DNA of 64,000 bases from assembly GCF_009914755.1 (NCBI RefSeq), contig NC_060930.1. One strand, written 5' to 3'. Below the pieces are notes generated by a model. The model made no database searches. It had not been told where the DNA came from and worked only from the letters and a program-made list of their open reading frames with translations. This document shows positions 15,572-31,160 of this stretch, piece by piece (the first letter of the stretch is position 1; each line of letters begins with the position of its first letter). The position numbers were made by a program, and so were the translations under genes. This DNA is from the human T2T-CHM13v2.0 reference genome, Homo sapiens.

Positions 15572-17529
15572 AACACTATCTAGCACATAGTCAACACTCA
15601 ATAAATGTTAACTCTTTATATGACATTGGCCCATGCTTATTTTAGACGAGTCCTAGATTTCAAGCTGGTAAATTTTATGGCCAATATAAAGAGTAGATGA
15701 AAATGCATCAGGATAAAATAGGTTTGTGATTTTTATTCATTATAATGTAATAAATTATCAGTGGAGCTTGTGGTAAGGAAAAAAATAAATTATGTTATTT
15801 TCAGACCAGTAAATCATAAACAACCAGAATCTAGTTTGTTAGTAATTATTCCACTAGGCGTTAGCATGCTTTACCAGTTAGTCAAATAGTACTATCCATA
15901 TATATTTTATGTGCTGAGGTACACATATACATATAAGGGCAGATATATTTTGGATGCTAACTCAGCAGTGTAGTAAGTGGTGATAATGATTATTCATGCA
16001 GTATTCTCTAGAGTTTTCTACATAAGATTAGAGAAATATTACTAATTAAGCCATAAACCTGTGTTTGTAAACTTTATTAGAGTTGTATAATATGTACTTG
16101 GTAATTTTCATTTCTCCTGCATTATACTTTATCTTATCTGTCTAGTCAAAATCAGACTATTTCAGTAAGAGTAAATTAATGGTAGTGTTATACAGTTCCT
16201 AAAAATAGTGCAGTAGTTTTCCTTTTTATGCCCCTTCCACTGAAGAATTAATTTGTTATGAATGTGTTTCATTAATTTTATCACAAAAATAGAGATAATT
16301 GATTATACTTTTAACTGCATTGCCAGTGAGTTATTTGAAAAAAATCAGTGTCTGTGGACCATTTTTTGACTATTTTAGCTCTAATACTTCCTATTCTTTA
16401 TTATTAATAAAGCTTCCACACTGATCCCCCCCAACCATTTTCCTCTCATAGGGTCCCCTTTTTCTTGAGTGCCTTGCCTTTCCATCTCTGTAACTGCAAA
16501 CATTTACTTAATTACTTTATCTTAAAACAATTTTTTATTTTTCTATATTCCCAATATTAGCATTTCTGTCTGCATTTGTCTTTTAGCACTTATCACTTTA
16601 TATCGTATAAATATTTGGGAAAGGGGCAAAGGCCAAACTCCATACTTATAACATATTATATGACATCAACTTTGACTTATTGACTCAACTCTGAGGCTCT
16701 TGGAAGTTCTTTGCACCCTATAAAGCAAATCTAATGCATAAATTATTATTAAAAATGAGTCAGGGGCTTCTCTATGACTCTTGTGCCTTTGAGGGGGTTA
16801 GTAAGGGGCAAGAAAATGTCAAATTTGTTTTTACATGACAAGTGCTGAGATAAGAAAACAAAAATAATTACCTGGTTTCAGGTAGTTACTATGAATCATA
16901 TGCTCTCTTGCTAGTATTAAAGAAAATCTTGCTGGGCAAAATACAAATTGATCTAATAAAACTTAGTGATCCATTTCCAATGAGAAAGTCTTAAGAATAA
17001 ATAAGCTGGTGGAAAGTAGGCCCCCACTTCTGCCACTATCATTTTGGTGAGCCTTTAGCAAGAAGGAATAGGCAAAATGGACCTGAGGCAGCAGTGGCAG
17101 GGAAAAGCCAGAGGAATGGCCCTGAACTATGGGGTGATAAAATTGTCAACCCCCAACTTGACACCTTTGCTTCTGCTCTTAAACAAAGACCTAGAAACTG
17201 GAGCCCAAGAGGAGTCAAATTCTGGGTGGAGGGGAGTCACCAAGAGCACACACATCATCACCTGAAATGAGTGTATAGCCAATCCTGTGGTCCCACTCAC
17301 GCCTAAGCCTGAAGATTAGAGGAAGAACAACTAGGATTACTACCTTCCCTTGTTTATTGTTCTTAGTTAAATGGAGTTTATTCTATGCTGGGAGCATGAT
17401 GTGCTATAAGGCCTTGTTAAGAGGTTAAGAGTAGCTTAAATCTATGTGGATTAGTTATGGAGAAACAGAATAAGCTATTTACCCCTTTCTTTAAAGTCTT
17501 TCAATTATGGGATAGCTTAAACAAGGAGA

Positions 17530-17990
17530 AGAAGGGACAGACAGTTACCAGGTAGGGAAAGTCTCTAGAAACTGGGTCAGAAAAGAAATAGCTGAATAAA
17601 CTGGTTGTTTAATCTAGAAAAGAGGACTTAACAGGTATCATGATAACTTTTCAAATAATTACAGACCCTTTATATGGGAAACTATGCTTTTTTGTTTCAA
17701 CTAAAGAAGCAGTCCTAAGACTAATGAATATCCTATATTAAGAAGTAGATTTTAGGATAGTGGAAAAAAAATCAGTCAATCACCAACTAACCAACAAACA
17801 AACATAAACTTTTACTACAAGAGAAAAATGCTTTCTTATGAATTAATGAGTTCTGGGTCATTAAAAGTGTTCAAGTAGAAACTGAATGACCACATTTAGG
17901 GAACAGTGCAGAAAAGAGTCTAACATCTGATAATGGTTGGGTTAAATGACCTGTAATATTTCTCTGAAATCTAACATTTTATGTTTCTTA
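17530..17990 (+). mobile_element. L3/CR1 3' fragment
   Basis: gtttaatctagaaaagagga...ataacttttcaaataatt...gtgttcaagtagaaactgaatgaccacatt...ttgggttaaatgacct...ctaacattttatg resembles the L3 3' end. Confidence 0.6.
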
Positions 17991-18216
17991 GAATGTACCA
18001 AATTTAATGCCTTTAGATATAAGATTCAGGAAGCCATAATATTTCTAAGCAATTTCTCATGTCCCATTTAGTAAAAAATAAAGAAATGAACTAGTTCCTG
18101 AATGAGAAAGGAATAGACTTGGAGCTTTGTAAAATTTTCTGATCAAAAGAGGCCTTCAAAATCTTTTGTCCTATGGAATCTAAGAAAATAATGCACTAAA
18201 TTCTAACAACTTTCTC

Positions 18217-18288
18217 ATATATACATATATATATACACACACACACACACACATACACACACACTATATGTATGTGTGTGTGTGTGTG
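18217..18288. repeat. Compound (TA)n(CA)n...(TG)n microsatellite
   Basis: Read directly from the sequence. Confidence 0.9.
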
Positions 18289-18367
18289 AAAGCTACTTTC
18301 ATTTCTCATCTTGTGAGGAGGTGTCATCTCTAAGATTTATCACTTTTTATGATCCCATTCACCTCAG

Positions 18368-18560
18368 AGAGCAGTTTCTCATGTGCAATCAGAGCACCAT
18401 TTAATTAGACTATCCTGGGGTGCTGCTTTAAAATTTAGATTTTTGGCCCTACTCAGGCATAATGAATTAGAATCTTTTTGATAGTACTTTTTGAATCTTA
18501 ATATTTAACAAATACCATTGTGATTCTTATGCATATTAAAGTTCAAGAATATTTTCTGTA
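18368..18560. mobile_element. MER5A/B-like hAT-Charlie MITE
   Basis: cagtttctca...ttaaaatttagatttttggccctactc...gaattagaatct...tttaacaaatacc...gtgattcttatgcatattaaagttcaagaa. Confidence 0.7.
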
Positions 18561-18994
18561 GGTCTTCAAGATTTGAGGTTTCAGTATATAAACATGTTTT
18601 ATTTTCATGATATCAAATATCCAAAAACCCACTTCTTCTTAATTTCAGGGGATAAAACTCTTGACAAAAATCAATAATTACTCTCTAAAAATATTTTTCT
18701 TGATGTAGATTTTTTTCTTGCTTTCATTCATCAACTTTAGAAAAAGAGAAAATCATAATATATTTATTTTTACATATGAGCATGTACTTCTAATAGGGGA
18801 ATCACATCAGATAATTTTCAAAAGAAGGAAAAAAATTTATGTTTTGTTTATTCATGTAAAAATAGTTGGTAGTGGGTTAGCTTATTATTTACAACAGCAT
18901 GCTACTGAATTCAAAGATATGCCTGTATTCTATGTGGTCAGTAATAATATTTCATTCCATGGTCTTAAAAATTCATGTTCTTATTTGAAGGGGT

Positions 18995-19920
18995 AACTGT
19001 GTTTACCAAGACTTTTTTAAAATTGCCAGTTACAGAAATGATACTCAACCCATCTAAAGAAAATGAAATAAACTCATAACTGGAAAGGATAGGATTAAAC
19101 TTCAGGTATGTCTAGAGCTGGGGCTCAAATAATGTCATCAGAAGTTTGTCTTGCGCCATCACTTAACTCTGAGATTTTTCTGGATTAACTTCGTTCTTTA
19201 AGTGCTCCCTATGTGGTCACAAAGATGCCTGTCACTGAAACCAGCCCAATTTCTCCATAGAACTGATATTTACAGGTTTTTTGAATAAACAAAGAAATTG
19301 ACCCTTCCGGTCTTAAAACTTGAAACTTAAATTTGTCTTGCCTGAGATCTTCCTCAGAAAAGGGACTGAGTCACTAGATCACCGCATCCAGCCAGGTCCC
19401 TCCCTAATTTCTCTTTACCAACTCCTCTTCCTTACCCCTTCCTAATTTCTGTTTTCCATCATGTAGTTAAATTTCTTCCCTGCTATATAAACCTCTAGAT
19501 TTATCTGAGTTGACATCACTGAAATAAAAAGACTTCTTCCCTGGCAATACTTATTGGCTCAATGACTGGCTTTCTGTATGGGGAGCAACAGGACCTAGAC
19601 CAAACCCCTGGCATTTTTGTAACATCATCAGCATTAGGTTCGTATTGTTCTTATACCTAACGGTCAAAGAGAAAAAGAAAAACTCCCAGGATGGCCTCCT
19701 TGGCCCAGCCTGAGTTGTACACCTATTCCCGACTTACTCGCAGTGGCCAATAAAATGAAGTACTTGGAGTTCTCTAATTTTTTCATTCCTGTGTCACACA
19801 TCCAACTTTGAAGCCAAGGTTTGTGTCACCTAATGGGAATCTAAGAGTATGTGTGAGCAGGGGCTTGGTTCTCCCAAAGAAGGAGATGTTGAGCAGAAGA
19901 AAGTAGATGATGTCCCCCAG
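18995..19920 (-). mobile_element. Old MLT1-type LTR (MLT1J/K/L) split by LTR26
   Basis: cataactggaaagg...cttcaggtatg...gggctcaaataatgtcatcag...cacaaagatg, resuming after 19624 to ttctcccaaagaaggag. Confidence 0.55.
19236..19624 (+). mobile_element. LTR26-like solo LTR (ERV1), internally deleted
   Basis: tgaaaccagcccaatttctccatagaactgat...aaattgaccc...tatataaacc...aataaa...caggacctagaccaaacccctggcatttttgtaaca; TSD tcac/tcat. Confidence 0.78.
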
Positions 19921-20884
19921 TGGAACTACTTAAAAGTCCTTTCAATATATATTCATTGATTACAAAATATTGGAGCTATAGAGGGAAATCCCACACTGAT
20001 CTCCTTTCATTATGCTCAACCCAGTGGATGGGATTAGTCTTTGACAATTGCTTTGTAAAGTGGTAAGGGCTATGGTGGAAATAGAAGTTCTGAGGGAGCC
20101 AAGAGGAGTTTAGCTAAGTGGGACTCAGTAATTTGAAGAGAAAACACCAGAGGTGACAGGTGAGCTGGATCTGGAGATACAGTGGGAGGGAGAACCCTGG
20201 AAGAGGATCATAATTTAAAAAGGAAAGTAAGTGAGAATATCATCTTCTTGTATGATAGCTGGTATTTATATTATAGTCAAAGTAGACATTTAAGCAAGCA
20301 GTTTGAGGAAAAGTCCTCAGTCAGGGTAAAATTTGAGTTGTTTGTCCATTTTGGCTGGGAGCCAGTGTAATCTAACCTAGATAATTTCTACTAAAGCGAA
20401 CTGTGATTCTACTTGTAAGGAAAGTCCTATATTGGGAATAAAGATTTTTTTCCAGATCATGTTGTTAAGATAAAATGATAGAAAGCTCTTAAAAGCAATT
20501 TCAGTGATGTTTAACACTTTTCCTTCATACTGAAGGAAAAAATGTGGCAGCAATTCAGGAAGGGCATGCTTAAAATTCAGTGAAATGCAGAAAAACACTG
20601 GAAGTTAAAAGTGAAACAATTCTCTGTAGATTTTGTTTGCTTTTAAAGATAAGGACAAGTATTCCATGAATGTGTCACTGGTGATGATTTAAATATGGAA
20701 TACTCTGAATACAGTATTGATTCAAAATATAAAAACAAAAATAGTCGTAATTATTTTGGAGTGGAATGGAGTAAAGTGGAGCCAGGAAAGAGACAGTGTA
20801 ATAAGGTGGCACAATTGCAAAACTATATTTGGATATAATTAGCTTCAGAGAGACCAAGCAATCCTAGAATGATAATGCAGGTGA

Positions 20885-21315
20885 TGATATTAAGAACACT
20901 GTTTTAAACTCTGTTCCTATATTGTTGTATTTAATCTTCAGAATGACCCTTTATGTCGGCTGCAGTATTTTAACCATGAAATAACAAGACAAAGGTAAAC
21001 TGAGTAACATAGCCAAAGTCAGGGATCTGGTATTAGAGCTGAGATCATGACATATGCAGTGACACTGGAGTCCAACTTTGGATAATATTTGTTAGTATTT
21101 ATTAAACATCTACTGTGAGTCCAGACTTATATTTGCATCTTCTGTTCTTCACAGATGCTTGATGAATAGATATTATTTTATACCCCATTTTACAGATGAA
21201 GAATGACTGAGAAGCTGAGAAAATTGTCCAAGTAGAATTAATAAATGTAAAAATCTTGACTAAAAATAGATCTTCTGGACTTCGCAGACTGTACTTGAAT
21301 CACTACTCTATATGA
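20885..21315 (-). mobile_element. Two adjacent degenerate MIRs
   Basis: atttaatcttcagaatgaccct...agtaacatagccaaagtca; tattattttataccccattttacagatgaagaa...ttgtccaag. Confidence 0.6.
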
Positions 21316-22124
21316 TCTCTTTCCTATGCTAGATACAATGATAATCATAAACAAGGGGTAATCTAGACTTTCATTATCTTTGGTAAATTCACAGAAAATG
21401 CCCATTTAATTACAAGATACTACTATACTGAGATTTTAATAGTAAAGAATTAATGAAGAATTTAAATATTCTAGTTACAAAAATAATTAATTTAGAACTA
21501 TGTGTAGCAGTTTGAGATTTAAATTTATTTATGAAAAATTACATTAAAATATGTTTCATATATTCTCAATACCTCTCTGAACTTTTTCTTATTCTTAAGA
21601 TATTTCATTGAATTGTGATACTGATTTCAGATATAACATTGTTAGAACTCTGGTTAAATACACTGGTAACATTTGTTAGCGGTTAAAAATTTAACACGGG
21701 CTTATGGTTCAATGTAGTAGATTGAGCATATGCTGATGTCTACTGCTTTGTTCCAAAACTCATTTTAATAGGAATACAAATATAGAAATAAGAAATGGAG
21801 GAAGAGTGTCAATGGGGTATGAAAGCATTTGTAAAATCTTATGGGAAGTAATTAGTGGATGAAGGAATAGAAATACAGGAAACCACATCTTAGAAAATGT
21901 CCAAAGAGGAGCACATATCAGAAGAGCCTTACCTTGCGTTTCAAATACCAAGAGGTCATATGGGACTTGGAAATTCCAGGTTAGAATAGACACAGGTGTC
22001 TGTAACTTTTTGAAAACAAGGGAGTGGAGGATAATGGAAAGCCTGTAGCTGCATAATGTTCACTTCTCCCACATCTTCCTCTCATTTGAACACAACCTGA
22101 AGCCAAAGAATGCCTCCAAACAAA

Positions 22125-22182
22125 CTATATATATATATACATATACATATATGTATATATATATGTATATATATATATATGT
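22125..22182. repeat. (TA)n-rich microsatellite
   Basis: Read directly from the sequence. Confidence 0.9.
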
Positions 22183-22191
22183 AAATTAACT

Positions 22192-22415
22192 AAAAATGGG
22201 CACAGAAAGTAGAACAGTGGTTACCAGAGGCTGAGAGGAGGAATGGGAAGTTACTATTTAATAGGTACGGGGTTTCAGTATGGGATGATGAAAAAATCTG
22301 GAGATAGATAATGGTGATGGTTGCATAACAATGTGAATGTACTTAAGACCACTGAAATTAGAAATGTTTTAAATGGTAAATTTTATGTTATTGGTATCTT
22401 ACTACAATAAAAAAA
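22192..22415 (+). mobile_element. L1MB 3'-end fragment
   Basis: cagaaagtagaacagtggttaccagaggct...ggtttcagtatgggatgatgaaaaa...ggtgatggttgcataacaatgtgaatgtactt...caataaaaaaa. Confidence 0.8.
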
Positions 22416-23207
22416 GTAAGGAGACTTCTTAAGTATACTAATTAAAATGATGATATGGTAAAACAAGGACAGTTAATGTGGGAATTGCTATCCTAGTGGG
22501 AAGGCTTTAGCATTTCAGCCAGTCATAGTGGTTGACTTGCTACTACAGTCTCAACATAAGGTTAAGGCTTCCAGTTGATAAACTCTTGCCCACGAATATG
22601 AAGACTTCAGCTAGATTTTCTGCTGTCTCAACCCTAAATACAAACCAGGAATCAAGGATGGCCAGACAAATGAGGAATGTTTAAGAGAAAGGGCAAGATT
22701 AATAATTAACAATAATAGTCTGATAGGAAATAGTTAATCTAGTAAGCAGAAAAGTACTTTAAAATTTTCTCTAATTAGTATCATTAGAGGGATGTTAGAG
22801 AGATATTTCATTTATTAAATCATAAAAGTATGCTCTAAAAAAACACATAAAAATGTAACCAATGTGAAAAAAGTAAACAATCTCTTAGAATAAAAGGAGA
22901 AAAAAAAAGCAAGAAAAGGAAAATGAGAATAAAGACAAGGATTAATTCAAAGTTTGCCACATAAATAATGGAAGTTCCTGAAAGAGAAAACAGAGAAAAC
23001 AGAGCAAGCAATTATCAAATAAATAAAGAAAGAGGTAACCTTGAGCTGAAGTATGAGTGTTTATGTTGAAAAGGCCCACTGTGTACTCAGCAAAGTGAAG
23101 AAAATGCATTTTCTGAGACATGTTATGAAAATTCAGAATATAAATGATAAAGAGAAGATGCTAAAGTTTTTAGAAAGAAAACAACAAAGGTAAAAACAGA
23201 TCACCTT

Positions 23208-23913
23208 ATAACTCAATAATGAAAAGACAAAAAGCCCAACTTAAAAATGAAGAAAGGATCTGAATAGACATTTCTCCCCAGAAGAGAGACTAATAGCCAA
23301 TAAACATGAAAAGATGTTCAATGTCAATAGCCATCAGGGAAATGCAAATTAAAACCTCAATGAGATATCACTTCACACTCTCTAAGATGGCTATGATGAA
23401 AGAGATAGTAAGTGGTGGAGAGGATTTGATATATTGAGACCCTGTTACATTGCTGCTTGGAATATAGAATGATGTATTGCTTTGGAAAAGTTTTTCAGTT
23501 TTATATGGCCAAACAATTCCACTCCTAGGTATATAACCCAAGAGAAATCAAACCAAATGTCCCTACAAAAACTTGTGCATAAATGTTTATAGAAGTATTA
23601 TTCATAAAAGCCTTAAAGTAGAAACAACTCAAATGTCCATCAACTGATGGATGGGTAAGCAAAACGTAGTATGTACATACAATGACATAATATTAGGACA
23701 TAAATAGGAATGAACTCTCGATACATGCTACAACATGGATGAACCTTAAGATCATTATGCTAAGTCAAAGAACCCTACATATTTGAGATTCCATTTTTAA
23801 GCTATGATCACAATGAAAATCTACAAAGATAGAATGCAGATTAGTGATTGCTGAGGGATATGGGGTTTGAGGGAAAATAGGAAGTGACTGCTTACTGGGG
23901 GCGGGATTCTTTT
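23208..23913 (+). mobile_element. L1MB 3' region, left part (continues 36280-36425)
   Basis: aactcaataatgaaaagaca...gatctgaatagacatttctcc...catgctacaacatggatgaacctt...gattagtgattgc. Confidence 0.82.
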
Positions 23914-25247
23914 ATTTTCTTCTTTAGATTTCAACTTTTATTTTAGATACAGGAGGTATATGTGCAGGGGTGTTACATGGGAATATTGGGTGATGTTGAG
24001 GTTGGGAGTATGGACCCCATCACCCAGGTAGTGAGCATAGTGCCCAATAGGTAGCTTTTTTCAACCCCCCACCCCCAGTAGTCTGCAATGTCTATTCCCA
24101 TATTTATATCCATGTGTATTCAATGTTTAGCACCCACTTTTAAGTGAGAATATATGGTATTTGGTTTTTTTATTCCTGTGTTAATTCACAGGATTATGGC
24201 CTCCAGCTCCATTCATGTTGCTGCAAAGGACATGATTTTATTATATTTATGGCTACATAGCATTTCATGATGTATATATACTGCATTTTCTTTATCCGAT
24301 ACACCATTGATGGGCACTTGGGTTGATTCCATGTCTCTGCCATTGGAAATAGCACAGCAATCAACATGGGAGTGCATGTGTCTTCTTAGTAGAATAACTT
24401 GTTTTCCTATGGGTATATACCCAGTAATGGGGTTGCTGGGTGAAATGGTAACTCTGTTTGAAGTTCTTTGAGAAATCTCCACACTGCTTTCCACAGAGAC
24501 TATAGTAATTTACATTCCCATAAACAATATATAAACATTCTGTTTTCTCTGCAGCCTCACAAGCATCTGTTAGTCATTGATTTTAATAGTAGCCACTGTG
24601 ACTAGTATGAGATGATATCTCATTGTGGTTTTGATTTACATTACTCTGATGATTAGTGATGCTGAGGACTTTTTCATGTTTGTTGGCTGCTTGTGTGTTT
24701 TCCTTTGACAAGTGTCTGTTCATGTCCTTTGCCCATTTTTTAATGGTGCTATTTGTATTTTGCTTGTTTATTTAAGTTCCCTATAGATTATATATACTAG
24801 GCCTTTGTTGGATGCATAGTTTGTGAATATCTTCTCCCATTCTATAAGTTGTCTTTTCCTATGTTGAGTTTCTTTTACTGCACAGAAGCTCTTTAGTTTA
24901 ATTAGGTCTCACTTGTTTATTTTTGTTTTTGTTGTGATTGCTTTTACGGACTTAGCCAAAATTTTTTTTACCATGGCTGATGCTGAGAAGAGTATTACCT
25001 AGGTTGTCTTCCAGGAGTTTGAGTTTTTTTTTAAATTATTATTATTATACTTTAGGTTTTAGGGTACATGTGCACAATGTGCAGGTTTGTTACATATGTA
25101 TACATGTGCCATGTTGGTGTGCTGCACCCATTAACTCATCATTTAGCATTAGGTATATCTCCTAAGGCTATCCTTCCCCCTCCCCCCACCCCACAACAGT
25201 CCCCAGAGTGTGATATTCCCCTTCCTGTGTCCATGTGTACTCATTGT

Positions 25248-29054
<3,807 letters not shown>

Positions 29055-29117
29055 TATGATGTTATCTGGTTATTTTGCTTGTTAGTTGATGCAGTTTCTT
29101 CCTAGCCTTGATGGTCT

Positions 29118-30134
29118 TTACATTTTGGCATGTTTTTGCAGTGGCTGGTACCGGTTATTCCTCTCCATGTTTTGTGCTTCCTTCAGGAGCTCTTTTAGGC
29201 CAGGCCTGGTGGTGACAAAATCTGTCAGCCTTTGCTTGTCTGTAAAGTATTTTATTTCTCCTTCACTTATGAAGGTTAGTTTGGCTGGATATGAAATTCT
29301 GGGTTGAAAACTCTTTTCTTTAAGAATGTTGAGTATTGGCCCCCTCTCTCTTCTGGCTTGTAGAGTTTCTGCCGAGAGATCCGCTGTTAGTCTGATGGGC
29401 TTCTCTTTGTGGGTAACCCGACCTTTCTCTCTGGTTGCCCTTAACATTTTTTCCTTCATTTGAACTTTGGTGTATCTGACAATTATGTGTCTTGGAGTTG
29501 CTCTTCTTGAGGAGTATCTTTGTGGCATTCTCTGTATTTCCTGAATCTGAATGTTGGCCTGCCTTGCTAGATTGGGGAATTTCTCCTGGATAATATCCTG
29601 CAGAGTGTTTTCCAACTTGGTTCCATTCTCTCCGTCATTTTCAGATACACCAATCAGATGTAGATTTGGTCTCTTCACATAGTCCCATATTTCTTGGAGG
29701 CTTTGTTTGTTTCTTCTTATTCTTTTTTCTCTAAACTTCCCTTCTTGCTTCATTTCATTCATTTGATCTTCCATCACTGATACACTTTCTTCCAGTTGAT
29801 CGCATCGGCTCCTGAGTCTTCTGCATTCTTCACATAGTTCTCGAGCCTTGGTTTTCAGCTCCATCAGCTCCTTTAAGGACTTCTCTGCGTTGGTTATTCT
29901 AGTTATCCATTTGTCCAATTTTTTTTCAAAGTTTTTAACTTCTTTGCCATTGGTTTGAATTTCCTCCTGTAGCTCGGAGTAGTTTGATTGTCTGAAGCCT
30001 TCTTCTCTCAGCTCGTCAAAGTCATTTTCCATCCAGCTTTGTTCCATTGCTGGTGAGGAGCTGCGTTCCTTTGGAGGAGGAGAGGCGCTCTGCTTTTTAG
30101 AGTTTCCAGTTTTTCTGCTCTGTTTTTTCCCCAT
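29118..30134 (-). CDS. L1 ORF1p (338 aa), reading frame intact
   Basis: MGKKQSRKTGNS...PLQKHAKM, canonical length; REKG and ARR motifs retained; expression unknown. Confidence 0.88.
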   Translation of the reverse strand: MGKKQSRKTGNSKKQSASPPPKERSSSPAMEQSWMENDFDELREEGFRQSNYSELQEEIQTNGKEVKNFEKKLDKWITRITNAEKSLKELMELKTKARELCEECRRLRSRCDQLEESVSVMEDQMNEMKQEGKFREKRIRRNKQSLQEIWDYVKRPNLHLIGVSENDGENGTKLENTLQDIIQEKFPNLARQANIQIQEIQRMPQRYSSRRATPRHIIVRYTKVQMKEKMLRATREKGRVTHKEKPIRLTADLSAETLQARRERGPILNILKEKSFQPRISYPAKLTFISEGEIKYFTDKQRLTDFVTTRPGLKELLKEAQNMERNNRYQPLQKHAKM

Positions 30135-31160
30135 CTGTGTGGTTTTATCTACTTTTGGTCTTTGATGATGGTGACGTACAGAAGGGTTTTTGGTGTGGAT
30201 GTCCTTTCTATTTGTTAGTTTTCCTTCTAACAGACAGGACCCTCCACTGTGGGTCTGTTGGACTTTGCTGGAGGTCCACTCCAGACCCTGTTTGCCTGGG
30301 TATCAGCAGCGGTGGCTGTAGAACAGCGGATCTTGGTGAATCGCAAATGCTGCTGCCTGATGGTTCCTCTGGAAGTTTTGTCTCAGAGGAGTACCCGGCC
30401 GTGTGAGGTGTCAGTCTGCCCCTACTTGGGGGTGCCTCCCAGTTAGGCTGCTTGGAGGTCAGGGACCCACTTGAGGAGGCAGTCTGTCCATTCTCAGATC
30501 TCCAGCTGCATGCTGGGAGAACCACTAGTCTCTTCAAAGCTGTCAGACAGGGACATTTAAGTCTGCAGAGGTTACTGCTGTCTGTTTGTTTGTCTGTGCC
30601 CTGCCCCCAGAGGTGGAGCCTACAGAGGCAGGCAAGCCTCCATGAGCTGTGGTGGGCTCCACCCAGTTGGAGCTTCCCAGCTACTTTGTTTACCTAAGCA
30701 AGCCTGGGCAGTGGCAGGCACCTGTCTCCCAGCCTCGCTGCCGCCTTGCAGTTTGATCTCAGACTGCTGTGCTAGCAATCAGTGAGACTCCGTGGGTGTA
30801 GGACCCTCCGAGCCAGGTGCAGGATGTAATCTCCTGGTGTGCCGTTATTTAAGCCCCTTGGAAAAGCACAGTATTAGGGTGGGAGTGATCTGATTTTCCA
30901 GGTGCCGTCTGTCACCCCTTTCTTTGACTAGGAAAGGGAACTCCCTGACCCCTTGTGCTTCCCGAGTGAGGCAATGCCTTGCCCTGCTTTGGCTTGCGCA
31001 TGGTGCACTGTACCCACTGTGCTGCACCCAACTGTCTGGCACTCTCTAGTGAGATGAACCCGGTACCTCAGATTGAAATGCAGAAATCACCCATCTTCTG
31101 CATCGCTCAGGCTGGGAGCTGTAAACTGGAGCTGTTCCTATTCGGCCATCTTGGCTCCAC
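30135..31160 (-). promoter_or_regulatory. L1 5'UTR internal promoter with YY1 site and the retained ~129-bp ZNF93-target segment
   Basis: ggccatcttg at 31144-31153 is the reverse complement of CAAGATGGCC (YY1); segment ~30262-30392, absent from L1PA2/L1HS, is present. Confidence 0.8.

Larger units (their letters stand above)
14390..15615 (+). mobile_element. MIR split by MLT2B and MSTA LTRs
   Basis: cacttactagctacctgaccttgggcaaattgcctaacctctc...aaaatggggatagtaag, then gtgcctacctt..., then tagcacatagtcaacactcaataaatgtta. Confidence 0.75.
21695..23207 (+). mobile_element. HAL1/L1ME-like relic (ORF1-like region), left part
   Basis: gaagttcctgaaagagaaaacagagaaaa...ttgaaaaggcccactgtgtactcagcaaa...gaaaattcagaat...aaagagaagatgctaaa...cagatcacct; appears to resume near 37075. 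Confidence 0.6.

Noticed and set aside
30705-30930. L1 antisense ORF0
   Set aside because: The start codon reads GTG (gcagtggcagg) rather than ATG and the following bases are altered; not intact
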